Shown here: positions 31,178-40,133 of the stretch, piece by piece
Numbering within the stretch: position 1 is the stretch's first letter
Layout of the letters: every line of letters begins with the position of its first letter
Assembly: GCA_963827685.1 (NCBI GenBank)
Contig: CAWHBU010000004.1
Span: 448,001-512,000, forward strand
Source: an uncultured delta proteobacterium
Lineage (GTDB): Bacteria > Desulfobacterota > BSN033 > UBA1163
Reading direction: 5' to 3'
Length of the DNA stretch: 64,000 nucleotides
The notes under the pieces: generated by a model
The model's database searches: none
What the model saw: only the letters and a program-made list of their open reading frames with translations
Told to the model about the DNA's origin: nothing
Made by a program: the position numbers and the translations under genes

Positions 31178-33763
31178 ATGGCCCATGCCGTCCTGGAAAA
31201 AGATTCATCCATCCAATTTCCACATGTTACACTCTTGAAGGCTTCTGCAGGTTCTGGAAAGACCTACTCCCTCACGGAGAGATTCGTCCAGTTCCTCCTG
31301 TCCGGTAAAATTCCCCAAAACCATCTCAGAAATATTCTCGCCATTACCTTTTCAAATAACGCTGCGAAGGAAATGAAAGAGCGGATCCTCTCCTGGCTCA
31401 AGGACCTCTATTTCAAGGACCCCGAAAAGATCGAAAAGCTCTCTGAAATTGTTTCCTTAAAAAAAGAAGACCTCCCGAACAAAGCCGAGGTGACGATCGA
31501 CGAAATTCTAAGAAACTACACCGAGTTCCAGGTGAAGACGATTGACAGTTTCATGACCTCTATCTACAAGGCCTCGGCGATCAATCTCGGATATAGCCCT
31601 GACTTTGACGTGGTCATGGTCCCGGAGAACATCATGGCCTATGCCTTCAATCGATTTCTGCGGGGAGTCCGGGAAAAAACTCCAGAGGCTGAATTCCTTG
31701 AGAAACTCCTGGAGATCATCCTTGAGAGCAGGGGAGGGGAGTCTGCCTATCTCTGGGATCCCTCGAAGGATTTTCTTGAAGAGACAGAGGAGCTTTACGA
31801 TAAGCTCTCCGGTATCGTCAAAGGAGCAAAGATCGTCGATGTCGAAAAGAAGATCGAATCCATCAAGAAAGAGATTCGGGATGCGGCGGAGGGCCTGAAT
31901 GGTTTGATTGGAAAATCGGGTCTTACCAAAAACAAAGGAAGTTCATTTACCAAAATTTTGGAGACGGCAAGAAGCGGTAACTTCCCCGATCTCGTTGATA
32001 AAGGTCTTCTAAACGTCCCCGTCATCAAACCTAAGAAAGAAGGAGAGATGACATGGTATGAAAAAATATCGAAACAGTGGGACCTGCTCGGCCATCAGAT
32101 AAAGGAATATATCGGGCTCTATGCAACGGCTTACTACGGTCCGTATCTCAGGACTTACGAAGCTTTCAAAGATATCCTCGAGGAAGTGAAGAAAAAGGAA
32201 GGGACCATCTTTATTCACGACATCAACAAGAAGCTTTCCGACTATCTCGATCATGAAATCGTACCGGATGTTTACTTCAGGATAGGTGAGACGATCTACC
32301 ACTATCTGATCGATGAATTCCAGGATACCTCTCCCATCCAGTGGGCCAATCTCTTTCCCCTGATCGAGAACTCCCTTTCCCAGGGGGGAAGTCTCTTTGC
32401 CGTGGGCGACACCAAGCAGGCGATCTATGGTTTCAGGAACGCCGATTACGGGATCATGAAGCGGCTTGAATCGAGCAATCCCTTTTCTTCTGCCCTTCAC
32501 AACGTAAAAGAGCTGGAGATCAATTACCGCAGCCTCGAGGGAGTGGTCGATTTCAGCAAAGCATTCTTCAAAACGGTGATTGCCCATCATGACAAATACC
32601 GGGAAGCCGCCAGCAGGAGCGGGCTCATTGATTATGAACAAAGGGTCAAGGAGGACCACGGGGGTTCGGGATACGTGGAAGTCATTCGATGTGAAAAGAA
32701 GGATGACGAGCCCACTGAAAAACAGAGGATCCAGGATTTAGTAGAGGATTTAGTCCGCCGAGGGTACGCCTACTCGGATATCGCTATCCTGGCCTACCGA
32801 AATGAAGACGTTGTCAATATCACGACCTGGCTGAACGAGGTCGGCATTCCCTTCATCTCCTACAGCAGCCTTGACATCAGGACGCGGAAGCTCACCGCTG
32901 AAATCGTCGCCTTGCTGGCCTTCCTCGATGCTCCGCCCGATGATCTTTCCTTCGCAGGTTTTGTCCTCGGAGAGATCTTCAGAAAAGCTCTTGAAAGAAA
33001 TGAAAAGGTCTTCGAATTGAAAGCATTGCACGAATTCCTTTTCAGGAACAGGAAGAAAACGCCCCTTTACAAGGCTTTCCGGGAGGAATTCCCTGAGCTT
33101 TGGGAGATTTATTTTGAAACTCTTTTCAAGTCGACAGGCTATTTACCCCTCTATGACCTGGTGAGCGAGATTTACCGCCTTTACAGGGTTTTCGATCACT
33201 TCAGGGAGGAGGAGGCGACTCTCATGAAGATCTTGGAGGTGATCAAGAATTTTGAGGGGGAAGGCAGAAACAATCCCGGCGATTTTCTCAAATGCGCCGC
33301 CAGCGAAGAGGCAGGGGAGTCGGATTGGACCATTGATGTCCCCGCAGGCATCCATGCCGTGAAGGTGATGACCCTCCACAAGGCAAAAGGATTGGGTTTC
33401 CCGGTAGCCATTGTTCTCATCTATGAGGAGATCCCGCGGGGGTTCAAATATATTCTTGATGAGGAGACGGATGGGGTCCAGTTGCTCAAAATCAACCAGC
33501 GGATCATGAAAGCCAGCCCCTTTCTTCAAGAGAAATATGAAGAGGAAAGGCTCAAGGATCTGGTGAACAAGCTCAATATCCTTTATGTGGGCTTTACGCG
33601 GGCCGAGGATGAACTTTATATCGTTGGGGTCCAAGGGACGAGAAATCAGTTCCCCATCGATCTCCTGAAGGAGACGGATCCTCAAATTGGATGGAAGAAT
33701 GTTCCACGCCGCCGTTCTCCTGAAACGACTCAAGAGAGAATGGAGGCTCTATCATCCGCCTGA
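31178..33763 (+). CDS. AddA/RecB-like UvrD helicase (N-terminal part of a frameshifted gene)
   Basis: 'ASAGSGKT', 'ITFSNNAAKEMKERI', 'IDEFQDTS', 'VGDTKQAIYGFR', 'MTLHKAKGL', 'LYVGFTRA'. Confidence 0.92.
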   Translation: MAHAVLEKDSSIQFPHVTLLKASAGSGKTYSLTERFVQFLLSGKIPQNHLRNILAITFSNNAAKEMKERILSWLKDLYFKDPEKIEKLSEIVSLKKEDLPNKAEVTIDEILRNYTEFQVKTIDSFMTSIYKASAINLGYSPDFDVVMVPENIMAYAFNRFLRGVREKTPEAEFLEKLLEIILESRGGESAYLWDPSKDFLEETEELYDKLSGIVKGAKIVDVEKKIESIKKEIRDAAEGLNGLIGKSGLTKNKGSSFTKILETARSGNFPDLVDKGLLNVPVIKPKKEGEMTWYEKISKQWDLLGHQIKEYIGLYATAYYGPYLRTYEAFKDILEEVKKKEGTIFIHDINKKLSDYLDHEIVPDVYFRIGETIYHYLIDEFQDTSPIQWANLFPLIENSLSQGGSLFAVGDTKQAIYGFRNADYGIMKRLESSNPFSSALHNVKELEINYRSLEGVVDFSKAFFKTVIAHHDKYREAASRSGLIDYEQRVKEDHGGSGYVEVIRCEKKDDEPTEKQRIQDLVEDLVRRGYAYSDIAILAYRNEDVVNITTWLNEVGIPFISYSSLDIRTRKLTAEIVALLAFLDAPPDDLSFAGFVLGEIFRKALERNEKVFELKALHEFLFRNRKKTPLYKAFREEFPELWEIYFETLFKSTGYLPLYDLVSEIYRLYRVFDHFREEEATLMKILEVIKNFEGEGRNNPGDFLKCAASEEAGESDWTIDVPAGIHAVKVMTLHKAKGLGFPVAIVLIYEEIPRGFKYILDEETDGVQLLKINQRIMKASPFLQEKYEEERLKDLVNKLNILYVGFTRAEDELYIVGVQGTRNQFPIDLLKETDPQIGWKNVPRRRSPETTQERMEALSSA

Positions 33764-34358
33764 CCCGATCAAATTCCCTTTCGCCCCGTTAGAAAGCCCT
33801 GCCATGAATGGCCGGGATGATATCTCAATTCCTCCCACAAAAGGCGCGGGCAGAGCCCCGTCCTTTCTAACGGGGTTTGCAGCCGTTGAGGAGCTCAACT
33901 TCGAGGAGAGGATGAGAGGCCAGTTTGTTCACAGGGTTCTCTATTTTGTTGACGGCCTGGACGAAAACGTCGGACCGGAACTCGAGCGGATCATCAAGCA
34001 AGTGAATGATGAATTAATGACGGATTATTCCGTGGAGACGATGAAAAAAGATCTTCTGGAATTCCTAAACCATGAAGAAATAAGCCCTTATTTCCGGGCC
34101 ATGCCGGGTAGGGTTATCAAAAGTGAGCAAGAATTTTCAGACCCTATGGGGAATCTCTTCAGGATGGACAGGGTGGTGTTTCAAGAGGGTCGGGTAACCG
34201 TGATCGATTATAAAACAGGCGCCGAGAGAGAAGCTGAAAAGGAATATATCTCCCAGCTCAAAAATTATATCCGGATCTTAAAAGAGATCTATCCCGATAA
34301 AAATGTCGAAGGGGTGATTGCTTACGTGGACCTGAAAGAGATTAGCAGAGTCAAGTGA
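33687..34358 (+). CDS. C-terminal PD-(D/E)xK nuclease domain of the AddA-like gene, in a shifted frame
   Basis: 'RGQFVHRVL', 'RMDRV', 'IDYKTG', 'QLKNY'; joins the helicase if one G is removed near 33745. Confidence 0.85.
   Translation: MDGRMFHAAVLLKRLKREWRLYHPPDPIKFPFAPLESPAMNGRDDISIPPTKGAGRAPSFLTGFAAVEELNFEERMRGQFVHRVLYFVDGLDENVGPELERIIKQVNDELMTDYSVETMKKDLLEFLNHEEISPYFRAMPGRVIKSEQEFSDPMGNLFRMDRVVFQEGRVTVIDYKTGAEREAEKEYISQLKNYIRILKEIYPDKNVEGVIAYVDLKEISRVK
33783..33876. mobile_element. MITE-like element inserted in frame in the addA-like gene
   Basis: 13-bp TIRs CCCCGTTAGAAAG (33784-33796) / CTTTCTAACGGGG (33863-33875). Confidence 0.75.
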
Positions 34359-34388
34359 CTGTGGTTCAGACGTTAGGCCATAGACTGA

Positions 34389-34460
34389 TAACCCCCCTTC
34401 ATCCCCCCTTAATTTAAGGGGGGATGAAGGGGGGTTACAAGGGGGGACGAAGGGGGGTTA
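34389..34460. repeat. Long palindrome with partial tandem duplication between addA- and addB-like genes
   Basis: TAACCCCCCTTCATCCCCCCTTAATTTAAGGGGGGATGAAGGGGGGTTA followed by AAGGGGGGACGAAGGGGGGTTA. Confidence 0.75.
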
Positions 34461-34554
34461 GGGTGGAAAGCACTCCGAGGGTTAATTTTCGATATAGGAA
34501 AGTCTGAACTCTAAAGTCCGAAGTCGAGTGTCTGAATTTCAGAAGGAAGGTCAA

Positions 34555-37413
34555 GTGAACGTTCTCTTGATTTCGACATCGGAGAATCTGGTTGAAAAAG
34601 TAGCGGAGCATTTGATCGGTGTTGAAAAGGACTATGCTTCCAGTCTCGTGGTCTTTCCCGGTAAGAGGCCTTCGCACTTCCTCAGGAAACTCCTGGCAGA
34701 TAGAGAGAAGTCAAGTTTCGTACCGCCTGTCATCCTTTCCATAGATGAATTCATCGAACATGTTCATGACGAATCCCTGGGGCTCCAAGGAAGAAAGCTC
34801 GAAGCCATTGATGCCGTCTCGATCCTTTACACCCTTCATGCCGCGTCGCCCGAACACTTAGGCAAGAAGAGCTTTCTCACTCCCGACACTTTTTTCCCTG
34901 TCGGGATGAAGCTGTACAACGACCTGGAAGAGCTTTATATCGAAGGGGTCCCCTCCAAAAAGGTAAGGGAGATCGACAGCATCGCCGGGGAGAATATTCC
35001 TGAGCCCGCGGCGAAAAGGCTCCAATCCCTCTCCTATTTTTACGAAACGTTTTACAGGGGGATAGAGAAAGACCATTTTTCTACGAGGTCCTCGAGATAC
35101 CGGGCTGTTTCAGAAAATATCGACCGTTTAAATCTGGATCGTTTTAGAAAAGTGATCCTCGCAGGTTTTTTTGCTCTCACGGAATCGGAGAAAAAGATCT
35201 TTAGATCCCTGATGAAAAGAGAAAACACCCTCTTCATTTTTCAGGAGGGTGAGGGAATAAAAAAGAAGCTGGCCGACCTGGGCATATCGGCTCAAAAGCG
35301 ATTCACTCCCATCGAGCCTGAAATCCATTGCTATCAGAGTCCGGATTCCCATGGCCAGGTCCTCGGCGTGAGCACGTTCTTGAAAAACAAGATCGATCGG
35401 AAGGAACGGCTTGACGAAAACACGGTCATTGTCCTTCCCTCCGCGGAAGCCTTGCTTCCTCTTTTCCACCACGCTCTGAGCCTCCTCGATCCGGACAACT
35501 ATAATGTCTCCCTCGGATACCCTCTTCAGAGGACTCCTCTCTTCGGTTTTTTCAATAACCTGATGGAAGTGGTCACCACCATGGATGGGGATCGTCTCTA
35601 CATCCCTTATTACCTGGAGTTCATCCTCCATCCGTACACAAAGAACATCTATTTCGAGCGAAGGGCGGACCCTACCAGGATTCTTTTTCATACCATCGAG
35701 GAGACCCTCCTGGAGAAGCGAACCAGGAAGTTTCTGTCCTTGTCAGAACTGGAGAGTGATAAGGCCATCCTCGGCTCCATCAAAGAAAAAGTTATAAGAG
35801 TCGAGCCGGGGATCACCCTGAAGAGAATGAGAGAGCACCTGGAGGCGATCCATGCCCATACCATCAGGAAGATGCTTTCTTTTAGAGATGTGGGGGACTT
35901 TGCGAGGAAACTGAGAGAGGTGGTCGAATACCTCTATCAAAACAGCACGGCCCGTCTCCATCCCTTTTTCTACCCCTACGCGGAGTCTTTCGTCACCCAC
36001 CTCGATATCCTTTCCAGATCCCTGATGAAGGAGATCCAGTTTCAGGAGGTCGCAAGCTATTTCACCCTTTTTAGAAAATATATCGTGACTTCTTATACTC
36101 CTTTTGCAGGAACGCCTCTGAGAGGGGTGCAGGTCCTTGGTTTTCTGGAGACGAGGAATCTAAAATTTGAGAACGTCCTCTTTCTCGATGCGAACGAAGG
36201 CATCCTCCCTGATACGACGAGAGAGGATTCCTTTTTGCCCTTTAAGGCAAGGCAGATGTTAGGACTTCCCACCTACCTGGATAGGGAAGAGATCATGTTC
36301 TATACCTTCGATACGCTGGTCAGAGGAGCAAAGGAATCCCATCTCTTTTACGTCGAAAACGATGAGAAAGAGAAGAGCAGGTTTGTTGAGAGGTTCCTCT
36401 GGGAGAGGCAAAAGAGAGAAGGGAAGAGGGATGACAAGAAGTATGTTAAAACTATCCAGTACTCTGTAAACCTGAGAGAAGAGAGCCCCCGTCCCATAAA
36501 AAAATCCGGGGGGATGATCAGGTTCTTAAAGGAATATCCTTTCAGCGCAACTTCCCTGAATACCTATCTTACTTGTCCCCTTCAGTTCTATTACGAATAT
36601 GTTCTCGGGCTCAGGGAAAGAGAGGTCATTTCTGAAGAGTTCGAGAAGGAGGAAATTGGATCGTTTGTTCACCTGGTCCTTTCCCAATACTTCAAGGGGA
36701 AAACAGGATCTGTCCTGACAGAAAAGGAGATGAATCTTAAGGAATTCGAGAAAGTCATCCGTAAGCATTTTGAGGAGCAATACGGTAAAGACCCTACCGG
36801 GGAGATCTATCTGCTCAGGAACCAGGTGGAGAGGCATCTGAGAGATTTCATCAAGAATTACCAGGTGCCGAAGATCAAAGAGTTTCAAACAAAAATCCTG
36901 GGCCTTGAGCAAAGGATCGATGTCGTGAAGCATTCCTTCAAACTCGGGGCGCGGCTCGACAGGGTCGAGAAGAGGGCAGATAGGACAGTCATTATCGATT
37001 ATAAGACTTCTGCCAATAAAAATTACCTCACCATCCATTACAATAAGCTCGATCTAAAAAACAGGGATTCCTGGAGCGAAGCGATAGGCACGCTTCAGCT
37101 TCCCTTTTATCTCCTCACGTATTCTACTTTAACGGGGGAAAAACCGGAAGACATCGATTGTCTATTTTTACTCCTCGGAAAGACAAGGATTGACTCCGGC
37201 ATTGAAGTTCCACTTTTTAAAAATGAAACCGAGTTCAAGGAGCATTTTGGAAACCTGACCCAGGTCGTTTTCAGTCTGCTGAGAGAAATGGTGAATCCGG
37301 ATCAGCCCTTCATGCCTACCGTTGATCCAAAGAAAAATTGTAGCAGGTGTCCTTACGGATATATCTGCACTAATGCAAACGCATTAAATAAAGTGACATC
37401 ACCCTCTCCCTAA
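34555..37413 (+). CDS. AddB-like protein: inactive helicase scaffold plus PD-(D/E)xK nuclease with Fe-S cysteines
   Basis: 'VFPGKRP', 'QVLGFLETR', 'SATSLNTYLTCP', 'RLDRVE', 'IDYKT', C-terminal 'CSRCPYGYIC'. Confidence 0.9.
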   Translation: MNVLLISTSENLVEKVAEHLIGVEKDYASSLVVFPGKRPSHFLRKLLADREKSSFVPPVILSIDEFIEHVHDESLGLQGRKLEAIDAVSILYTLHAASPEHLGKKSFLTPDTFFPVGMKLYNDLEELYIEGVPSKKVREIDSIAGENIPEPAAKRLQSLSYFYETFYRGIEKDHFSTRSSRYRAVSENIDRLNLDRFRKVILAGFFALTESEKKIFRSLMKRENTLFIFQEGEGIKKKLADLGISAQKRFTPIEPEIHCYQSPDSHGQVLGVSTFLKNKIDRKERLDENTVIVLPSAEALLPLFHHALSLLDPDNYNVSLGYPLQRTPLFGFFNNLMEVVTTMDGDRLYIPYYLEFILHPYTKNIYFERRADPTRILFHTIEETLLEKRTRKFLSLSELESDKAILGSIKEKVIRVEPGITLKRMREHLEAIHAHTIRKMLSFRDVGDFARKLREVVEYLYQNSTARLHPFFYPYAESFVTHLDILSRSLMKEIQFQEVASYFTLFRKYIVTSYTPFAGTPLRGVQVLGFLETRNLKFENVLFLDANEGILPDTTREDSFLPFKARQMLGLPTYLDREEIMFYTFDTLVRGAKESHLFYVENDEKEKSRFVERFLWERQKREGKRDDKKYVKTIQYSVNLREESPRPIKKSGGMIRFLKEYPFSATSLNTYLTCPLQFYYEYVLGLREREVISEEFEKEEIGSFVHLVLSQYFKGKTGSVLTEKEMNLKEFEKVIRKHFEEQYGKDPTGEIYLLRNQVERHLRDFIKNYQVPKIKEFQTKILGLEQRIDVVKHSFKLGARLDRVEKRADRTVIIDYKTSANKNYLTIHYNKLDLKNRDSWSEAIGTLQLPFYLLTYSTLTGEKPEDIDCLFLLLGKTRIDSGIEVPLFKNETEFKEHFGNLTQVVFSLLREMVNPDQPFMPTVDPKKNCSRCPYGYICTNANALNKVTSPSP

Positions 37414-37507
37414 CCCTCCCCCCTTGTGGGGGAGGGGAGGGTGGGGGTAAAAAAATTAATACGTTCGTATTAATTAAAAAGAATCTTTTCATGATAAGGA
37501 GATCAAC

Positions 37508-39070
37508 ATGACCGGCGCAGAAAGCCTGATTCGCACCCTGATCGCCTCCGACGTTGAGATGTGCTTCGCCAATCCCGGCACCACCGAGATACAGTTCGTT
37601 GTTGCCCTTGACAAGGTTGAGTCCATGCGCTGCGTACTCGGTCTGGCCGAGACCGTTGTCACGGGCTGCGCCGACGGCTACGCGAGGATGGCAGAGAAAC
37701 CCGCGATGACGCTGCTCCACTGCGGACCGGGTTTCGCCAACGGGATCGCCAACGTGCACAATGCGCGCAGGGCGAATACGCCGATGGTAAACATCGTCGG
37801 CGACCAGGCTTCTTACCATCGTCCATTCGATCCACCGTTGACCGCGGACACCGAGGGGCTCGCGCGTGCGGCGTCGCACTGGGTTAGGACGAGCGGGTCC
37901 GCGCAGCAGGTTGCCTCCGACGGCGCCGCAGCGGTACAGGCCGCGCTTACCCCTCCGGGGCAGATTGCTACGCTGATCGTCCCTGCCGATGTGGCCTGGA
38001 GCGAGGCAAGCGGGCCGGCTGTGCCGCTTGCGGTATCGCCCCGGCCGCAGGTGGCGCCGGAGGTTCTTCGAACGGTGGCGCGGATCCTCCGTTCGGGCGA
38101 ACCGACCTTGTTGTTCCTCAACGGACAGGCCCTAAGTGAGGCAGGCCTCGTCGCTGCGCACCGAATTGCTCACGCCACCGGTGCGAAGCTGCGTGCGCCC
38201 TCGCATGTGCCGCGCATGGCGCGCGGTCGCGGCAGAGTTCCGGTGGACCGCGTTCCGTACGTGGTCGACACAGCCCTCCAGGTGTTGGCCGGGCTCAAAC
38301 ACGTGATCCTCGTCGGCGCAAAGCCGCTGGCGGGGTTCTTCGCCTATCCCGGAAAGCCCAGCCTCATGGTACCACAGGACTGCGCGACGCACGTGCTCGC
38401 GCGGCCGGACCAAGACGCCGTGGCCGCACTGCAAGGACTTGCCGACGAGATCGGCGCGCCGCGCGTCGTTCGGATTGAGGAAGCAGGCCCCAAGCCACGC
38501 ATTGCCAGCGGCCCCTTCGAATCGGAAGCCTTCGGGATGACGCTTGCTGCGCTGCTGCCCGAGAACGCGATCGTGGCCGATGATGCGGTGACGTCGGGCC
38601 GCGCGGTCTTTCCAGCCACGTTCAACGCGGCGCCCCATGACTGGATCCAGAGCACCGGAGGTGCGATCGGTCACGGCTTTCCGTGCGCCACGGGTGCTGC
38701 CGTGGCCTGCCCTGACCGGAAGGTCGTCTGCCTGCAGGCCGACGGGGCTGGCATGTTCACGCTGCAGGCGCTGTGGACGCAGGCGCGCGAGAAGCTGGAC
38801 GTGGTGAATGTGGTCTTTGCCAACCGCGTGTACAAGATCCTGTACGGCGAGCTGCGCACAGGGGGCGCGACGCCCGGACGCGCCTCAGACACCCTCTTCG
38901 ACCTCGGCCGTCCCGACCTCGATTGGGTTGGGCTGGCCAAAGGCATGGGCGTGGAAGCGGTCAGTGTAGAGACGCTGGAGGGGTTTGCCGACACGTTTCG
39001 CGCCGCCTGCAGCCGCCGGGGGCCCTTTCTGATTGAATTCCGGATTCAGAAGTGGAGCGGGGAGGGTTGA
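37508..39070 (+). CDS. Thiamine-diphosphate enzyme, acetolactate synthase large subunit-like
   Basis: 'CFANPGTTE', 'ADGYAR', 'LLHCGPG', ThDP motif 'ADGAGMF...N'; markedly GC-rich. Confidence 0.9.
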   Translation: MTGAESLIRTLIASDVEMCFANPGTTEIQFVVALDKVESMRCVLGLAETVVTGCADGYARMAEKPAMTLLHCGPGFANGIANVHNARRANTPMVNIVGDQASYHRPFDPPLTADTEGLARAASHWVRTSGSAQQVASDGAAAVQAALTPPGQIATLIVPADVAWSEASGPAVPLAVSPRPQVAPEVLRTVARILRSGEPTLLFLNGQALSEAGLVAAHRIAHATGAKLRAPSHVPRMARGRGRVPVDRVPYVVDTALQVLAGLKHVILVGAKPLAGFFAYPGKPSLMVPQDCATHVLARPDQDAVAALQGLADEIGAPRVVRIEEAGPKPRIASGPFESEAFGMTLAALLPENAIVADDAVTSGRAVFPATFNAAPHDWIQSTGGAIGHGFPCATGAAVACPDRKVVCLQADGAGMFTLQALWTQAREKLDVVNVVFANRVYKILYGELRTGGATPGRASDTLFDLGRPDLDWVGLAKGMGVEAVSVETLEGFADTFRAACSRRGPFLIEFRIQKWSGEG

Positions 39071-39084
39071 CCCACCCAATTGTT

Positions 39085-39240
39085 TTTTTCAATCTGCAAT
39101 CCGAATTCGGCATTCTGGATTGGGCAGGCGCATTCCGAATTCCAATTTTCTTACGCTATGCGCTATGCGCCATGCGGTTTGCGCCAGACGAGATTCTGTA
39201 CGCCTTGCACCTCACGCTTTACGCCTCACGGCTCACGGTT
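39085..39240. repeat. Degenerate heptamer tandem tracts
   Basis: AATCCG(C/A)-type, CGCTATG-type and CCTCACG-type units. Confidence 0.6.
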
Positions 39241-39329
39241 CAGATAATTGCCTTTGTGTAGCGTTTCTGATATAGTGGGGCAAAATCCGGTGGGGGATTC
39301 AAATATTGAAAAATCTCGGGAATAAATTG

Positions 39330-39365
39330 AAGCCTATTCTCAAAAAGAATGGGCTTTTTTGTTTT
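39330..39365 (+). terminator. Putative intrinsic terminator; near-duplicate at 43658-43692
   Basis: AGCCTATTCT-CAAAA-AGAATGGGCT followed by a T-tract. Confidence 0.55.
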
Positions 39366-39485
39366 AACTCTCACGAATTTCACGAATCACGAATCCCGAG
39401 TCACGATTCACGGTGATAGGGGGCTCCAGAACAATTGAAAGCCAAGCCATCCTTTGCAGGTTAATTCTTTAAGGGAACTCCCAGC

Positions 39486-39806
39486 ATGGACGAGAATACC
39501 ATCATAGAACAGCTTGAGGAATTAACAAAAAGCTTTGGTATACAAATCCGCCATGAAGCCATAAAGCAGGATGAAGATTTGGTCAATGTCGTAGGAGGTC
39601 TGTGCCTATTAAGAGGGGAGTATGTACTCATCATCAATTCTAAGGCAACGACAATGGATAGAATTAAGACCTTGGCGACGGCATTGAAGCATTTCGATCT
39701 CGATCAGATTTATTTACGACCAGTTCTCAGGGAGCTATTGGACAGGACACCCGCGCAAAGACCATTCAACCTAATTGATAAGCAGAATTTGAAAGATTCT
39801 CCTTAG
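39486..39806 (+). CDS. Hypothetical protein
   Basis: 106-aa ORF with 'GGLCLLRGEYVLIIN'; no catalytic motif recognised. Confidence 0.65.
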   Translation: MDENTIIEQLEELTKSFGIQIRHEAIKQDEDLVNVVGGLCLLRGEYVLIINSKATTMDRIKTLATALKHFDLDQIYLRPVLRELLDRTPAQRPFNLIDKQNLKDSP

Positions 39807-39906
39807 AATTCCTCAATACTCATTCACCACGCTGTCCCCAGTCTCCACCCCGAAGTTTTTGACTACCCACACCGGTTCTGATAAAGTTCTGAAAGGATGG
39901 ATCCTC

Positions 39907-40100
39907 TATAGTGAACGCCTTAATAAAGTGGTCATTGCGAGGAGCGAAACGACGTGCCTGCGCGCTGAAGCGCTACGCCTGCCTGCGCGAAGCCGCTTCG
40001 GCGAAGGCAGGGCGCGCAAGCGTGGCAATCCCGTGAGATTGCTTCACTTCGTTCGCAATGACACGACGTGGATGTCAACTTATTTATGGCGTTCACTATA
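39907..40100. mobile_element. MITE with TATAGTGAACGCC terminal inverted repeats, containing nested palindromic elements
   Basis: TATAGTGAACGCCTTAA ... TTATGGCGTTCACTATA; inner GTCATTGCGA...TCGCAATGAC element. Confidence 0.75.
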
Positions 40101-40133
40101 ATTACATGCCTTTAATCAGAGTCGATAAACAAA

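Noticed and set aside
39260-39330. Possible tRNA or ncRNA as an island integration site
   Set aside because: No cloverleaf, T-loop GTTCGA or CCA found here or elsewhere by eye
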